A stretch of DNA of 64,000 bases from a virus. The translations under genes and the position numbers were made by a program. Numbering within the stretch: position 1 is the stretch's first letter; every line of letters begins with the position of its first letter. Under the pieces are notes generated by a model. It searched no databases. It was not told where the DNA came from and saw only the letters and a program-made list of their open reading frames with translations. This document shows positions 61,329 to 64,000 of this stretch, piece after piece. The stretch spans positions 80,007 to 144,006 of IMG/VR virus record IMGVR_UViG_3300045125_000085; one strand, given 5' to 3'.

Positions 61329-62864
61329 ATGGACAACCGACTCCTCCTCGTCAAAAGCATCACGCTCCTGTATCGCGAAAGCCAACTCATCCATAAGACG
61401 GCTAATAGTGCTGACTTAGTCCGCACTGTGTTAGAAGCCGTCACTATCCCAGGATGCAGGCATCGGTATCAGTGGTGAGCGTGAAATACTCCTCGGCCTA
61501 GGGATACGGCGATCGAGATGTGTAATAACTCACTCGATCATGAATACGCCATGGATGACTTATTACAGCGTGTCCGCTTAAATTGCGGTGATGATGAACG
61601 CTTGTATCAAGTCATTAGCGATGGCTTAAAGGACCTGAAGTCTGAAGGTCATTTAAAAGCGTGCTATCATTAACGCACAAAAGTCTTCGCATAACTTCTT
61701 CCGTGAGCAGAAGATCAATGAGATACTGAATAAAGCCAGCTATCAGTTTAAGTACCATCGTGATAAAATCACCGATGTCAATGGCTTTATTAGCGAACTC
61801 GTAAACCAGTTAGAACCTTTACAAATCGCTAATGGCGGCACTGATCCTGCTATCACTAGCGATATCGATATCGGCGATGTATCGTCATTGTCACGAGTGT
61901 TTAATAACATCCAAGATCAGTCTAGCGATATAGGTATATTGAAGACTGGTTGCAGCGCGTCAATGAGATGCTGAATGGTGGTTTTCGTAGAGGTGAGTTC
62001 GTTTGCGTACCGGCTTTACAGCATAAGTACAAGACGGGCTTTAGTCTATCATTGTTTAAGCAGTTCGCTATCTACAATAAACCACACATGCTAGACTCGT
62101 GGCAGAAGCCTTTGATCCTGCGTATCTCGTTTGAAGACGATATAGAGCTGAATATAAAGTTCATGTACCAATCGCTGATGATGGAAGAGTCGTATGAAAA
62201 AGCACTCGACCTGAAAGTCTCTACGGACGTCATGAGCAGCTATATCAAAGAACGACTGCAAGTCAATCGGCGGCCAGTGTCAAGATGATACGCGTCGATC
62301 CGTCGTTATGGACGTATAAGCACATTTGTAATAAAGTCTTAGAACTCGAAGCTCAAGGCTATGAAGTCCATGTACTGATGGTAGACTACTTGTCTAAGCT
62401 GCCGCGTACCGGCTGTAACAATAGCGGGCCTACGGGTACTGATTTGAGAGACATGTACTCTAGGATGCGTAACTTCTGTGCGCCTAGGAAGACGTTGTTT
62501 ATTACACCGCATCAGTTGTCGACGGAGTCTAAGCAGTTATTACGCTCAGGTATGCCTGAGGATCGCTTTCTGAAAGAGATGGCGTGGAAAGGTTACTTCG
62601 AGTCGAGCCGTCAGTTAGATCAAGAGTACGACGTAGGTCTGTATATGTGCATGTGTTTAAGCATAATAAGGAGAGCTGGCTTTCCGTACTGAAAGAAAAG
62701 CATAGAGGTCAAGATCACTGGTGAGGATGAGCAGTTTGCTTTGTATCAGTTTCCCTAAGGTGAAGCTGCCTATAGCTGATGATCTGTTGGGTGAGAATAC
62801 CGCCTATCTGAAACTACCGAGTGCGAGTAGTAATACGGATAGTGATCTGTTTAGCTTTAAGTAA
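61329..62864 (+). CDS. dnaB: DnaB-like replicative helicase (phiKZ gp118-like; frameshifted)
   Basis: MDNRLLLVKSITLLYRES, GGFRRGE...ALQHKYKTG, ISFEDD, VDYL, TPHQLS, KHRG. Confidence 0.9.
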
Positions 62865-62880
62865 AAAAAAAGAGAGTGAG

Positions 62881-62920
62881 CATACAGCCCAGAGAGCACT
62901 ATGGCTCTCTGGGCTATATG
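62881..62920. repeat. CATA...TATG 40-bp palindrome
   Basis: catacagcccagagagc-actatg-gctctctgggctatatg. Confidence 0.9.
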
Positions 62921-62925
62921 ACGTC

Positions 62926-63257
62926 TCTCTACCAGTCTATCTCTGACTGGTTTATTGACATGGCTTTCATGTGTAAATCGTTTAGTCCTCTACATACGGT
63001 AGAGGACTTTCTCCCAGTTAATCCGCTTAAGTGGGTGATGGAGAACGACTATGCCCTTTTCCCTAACCTCTACGACGGCCGTGTCATAAATCGATGTTCA
63101 CACTCACTTCTATGCCATCCTTGGCATAGATGACGCGCGAAGGCACCACGGCATCGCCTGATGCCAATCCGACTAATTCAACAATGATGTTTTCAGGAAC
63201 GCTCATTACGTTCCAGTCGTCCAGAAATAGATGGCCTGTCGTCAATGTCACTTTCAT
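62926..63257 (-). CDS. early hypothetical protein, paralog of 37142-37475 (frameshifted, missed by ORF track)
   Basis: MKVTLTTGHLFLDDWNVMSVPENIIVELVGLASGDAVVPSRVIYAKDG...KRINWE. Confidence 0.75.
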
Positions 63258-63279
63258 AAACACCTCCTAAAAAGTATAT

Positions 63280-63304
63280 GCTAGCGACCGAGCAGATCGC
63301 TAGC
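63280..63304 (-). promoter_or_regulatory. pre-RBS hairpin 2 (no own promoter)
   Basis: GCTAGCGA-TCTGCTCGG-TCGCTAGC upstream of GGAGG. Confidence 0.85.
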
Positions 63305-63324
63305 GGTGTGAAGATCAGATAAGG

Positions 63325-63726
63325 CTATTGCCGTTTCGTATCATAAAGATGCGGGAACAACTCCTTGTCGTCTACGTCCTTAGCAATACTGGATTAATCC
63401 CTCTATGGTGTCCCAGCCTGTTTCTTTCACATCCTTTCCGACGGGACGTAATCCTCATCTTCTTCCTCAAAGAAACCAGGAAGCAAGATCTTGGCTGTAT
63501 TCCAGCCATAGCGCACGATCGCTATGGCCTTCGTAGCACTCGTCTGAGTATACATTCCGTCCGCTCCTTCCTCTCCTCCGTGTAGGTATGAGGCCAGCGC
63601 CGCCACGAGACCAGGGTCTACCCAGTCTTCCTTCAACCCAGCAGCCGCTTTCACGACGAGTTTTTGCACGGCGCATCCTGGCTCCCAGTTCATCCCTGTT
63701 TCTGCCCAATCGAGTATATGGCTCAT
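63325..63726 (-). CDS. early hypothetical protein
   Basis: ORF 63427-63726 behind the conserved leader; probably extends via an indel. Confidence 0.6.
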
Positions 63727-63856
63727 AGTACACCTCCGAAAATAGGAGTGGGCTCTATTAGTCTGAGCAGTCTAGTAGAGCATAAAAAGAATGAAACAAT
63801 CTCAGCAGTAGGCTAAGATCATAAGTAATATGTATAGCCATATTTAGCTGGAATCC
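63727..63856 (-). promoter_or_regulatory. early promoter plus two-hairpin leader
   Basis: TACATATTAC; hairpin 1 at 63798-63821; hairpin 2 GCTCTACTAG-ACTGCTCAGA-CTAATAGAGC at 63752-63781. Confidence 0.85.
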
Positions 63857-63864
63857 ATGTCCGT

Positions 63865-63905
63865 CATAGAGCCTAGAGAGCGTTTAGGTTCTCTGGGCTC
63901 TTATG
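63865..63905. repeat. CATA...TATG palindrome
   Basis: catagagcctagagag...ttctctgggctcttatg. Confidence 0.75.
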
Positions 63906-64000
63906 CTCATTACACTAAGTAACTCAAGCTATCTTCCATTCTATTCAAATCATGCTCAAACTGCACCATCTCACTTTTCAACACGTCCATATCCGACCAG

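Noticed and set aside
5755-62864. Fragmented core genes as evidence of stop-codon reassignment, programmed frameshifting or pseudogenes
   Set aside because: The breaks I checked (e.g. nrdA near 47845 and 48075) are frame changes, not in-frame TAG/TGA. They hit essential genes at scattered positions while SbcC (831 aa) is intact, which fits sequencing indels.
62876-63133. + strand ORFs spanning palindromes (also 38548-38754, 53844-54107, 36979-37272 on minus)
   Set aside because: They read through intergenic palindromes and overlap better-supported genes, so they are unlikely to be real.
14609-63905. Palindromic 40-bp repeats as a CRISPR array
   Set aside because: They are dispersed singly over 50 kb, with no spacer-repeat periodicity and no cas genes.

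Overview
The window is part of a phiKZ-like (Chimalliviridae-type, probably nucleus-forming) jumbo phage genome. It carries the family's core blocks: a virion RNA polymerase subunit, RecA/UvsX, RNase H, SbcC, a tail spike, a tail-fibre cluster, RuvC, portal, a non-virion RNAP beta subunit, NrdA, tRNA-Leu(UAA), major capsid protein and DnaB. Most long genes are broken by single-base indels, including essential ones. I read this as uncorrected long-read error, not pseudogenisation or recoding, so the merged gene coordinates are approximate. The most striking signals are non-coding. (1) About 10 minus-strand accessory genes or operons share a modular leader: a TATATTAC-like early promoter, a 5' hairpin carrying CCUACU, a second hairpin with a conserved CUGCUC(G/A)(G/A) loop on covarying stems, and a GGAGG RBS. 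The second hairpin also occurs alone in front of internal operon genes. (2) About 15 intergenic palindromes occur; eleven of them are 37-41 bp long and end in CATA...TATG. They delimit the early-gene islands, and one duplicated island has its palindrome loop inverted. phiKZ gp-number equivalences are from memory of the family and were not database-checked.
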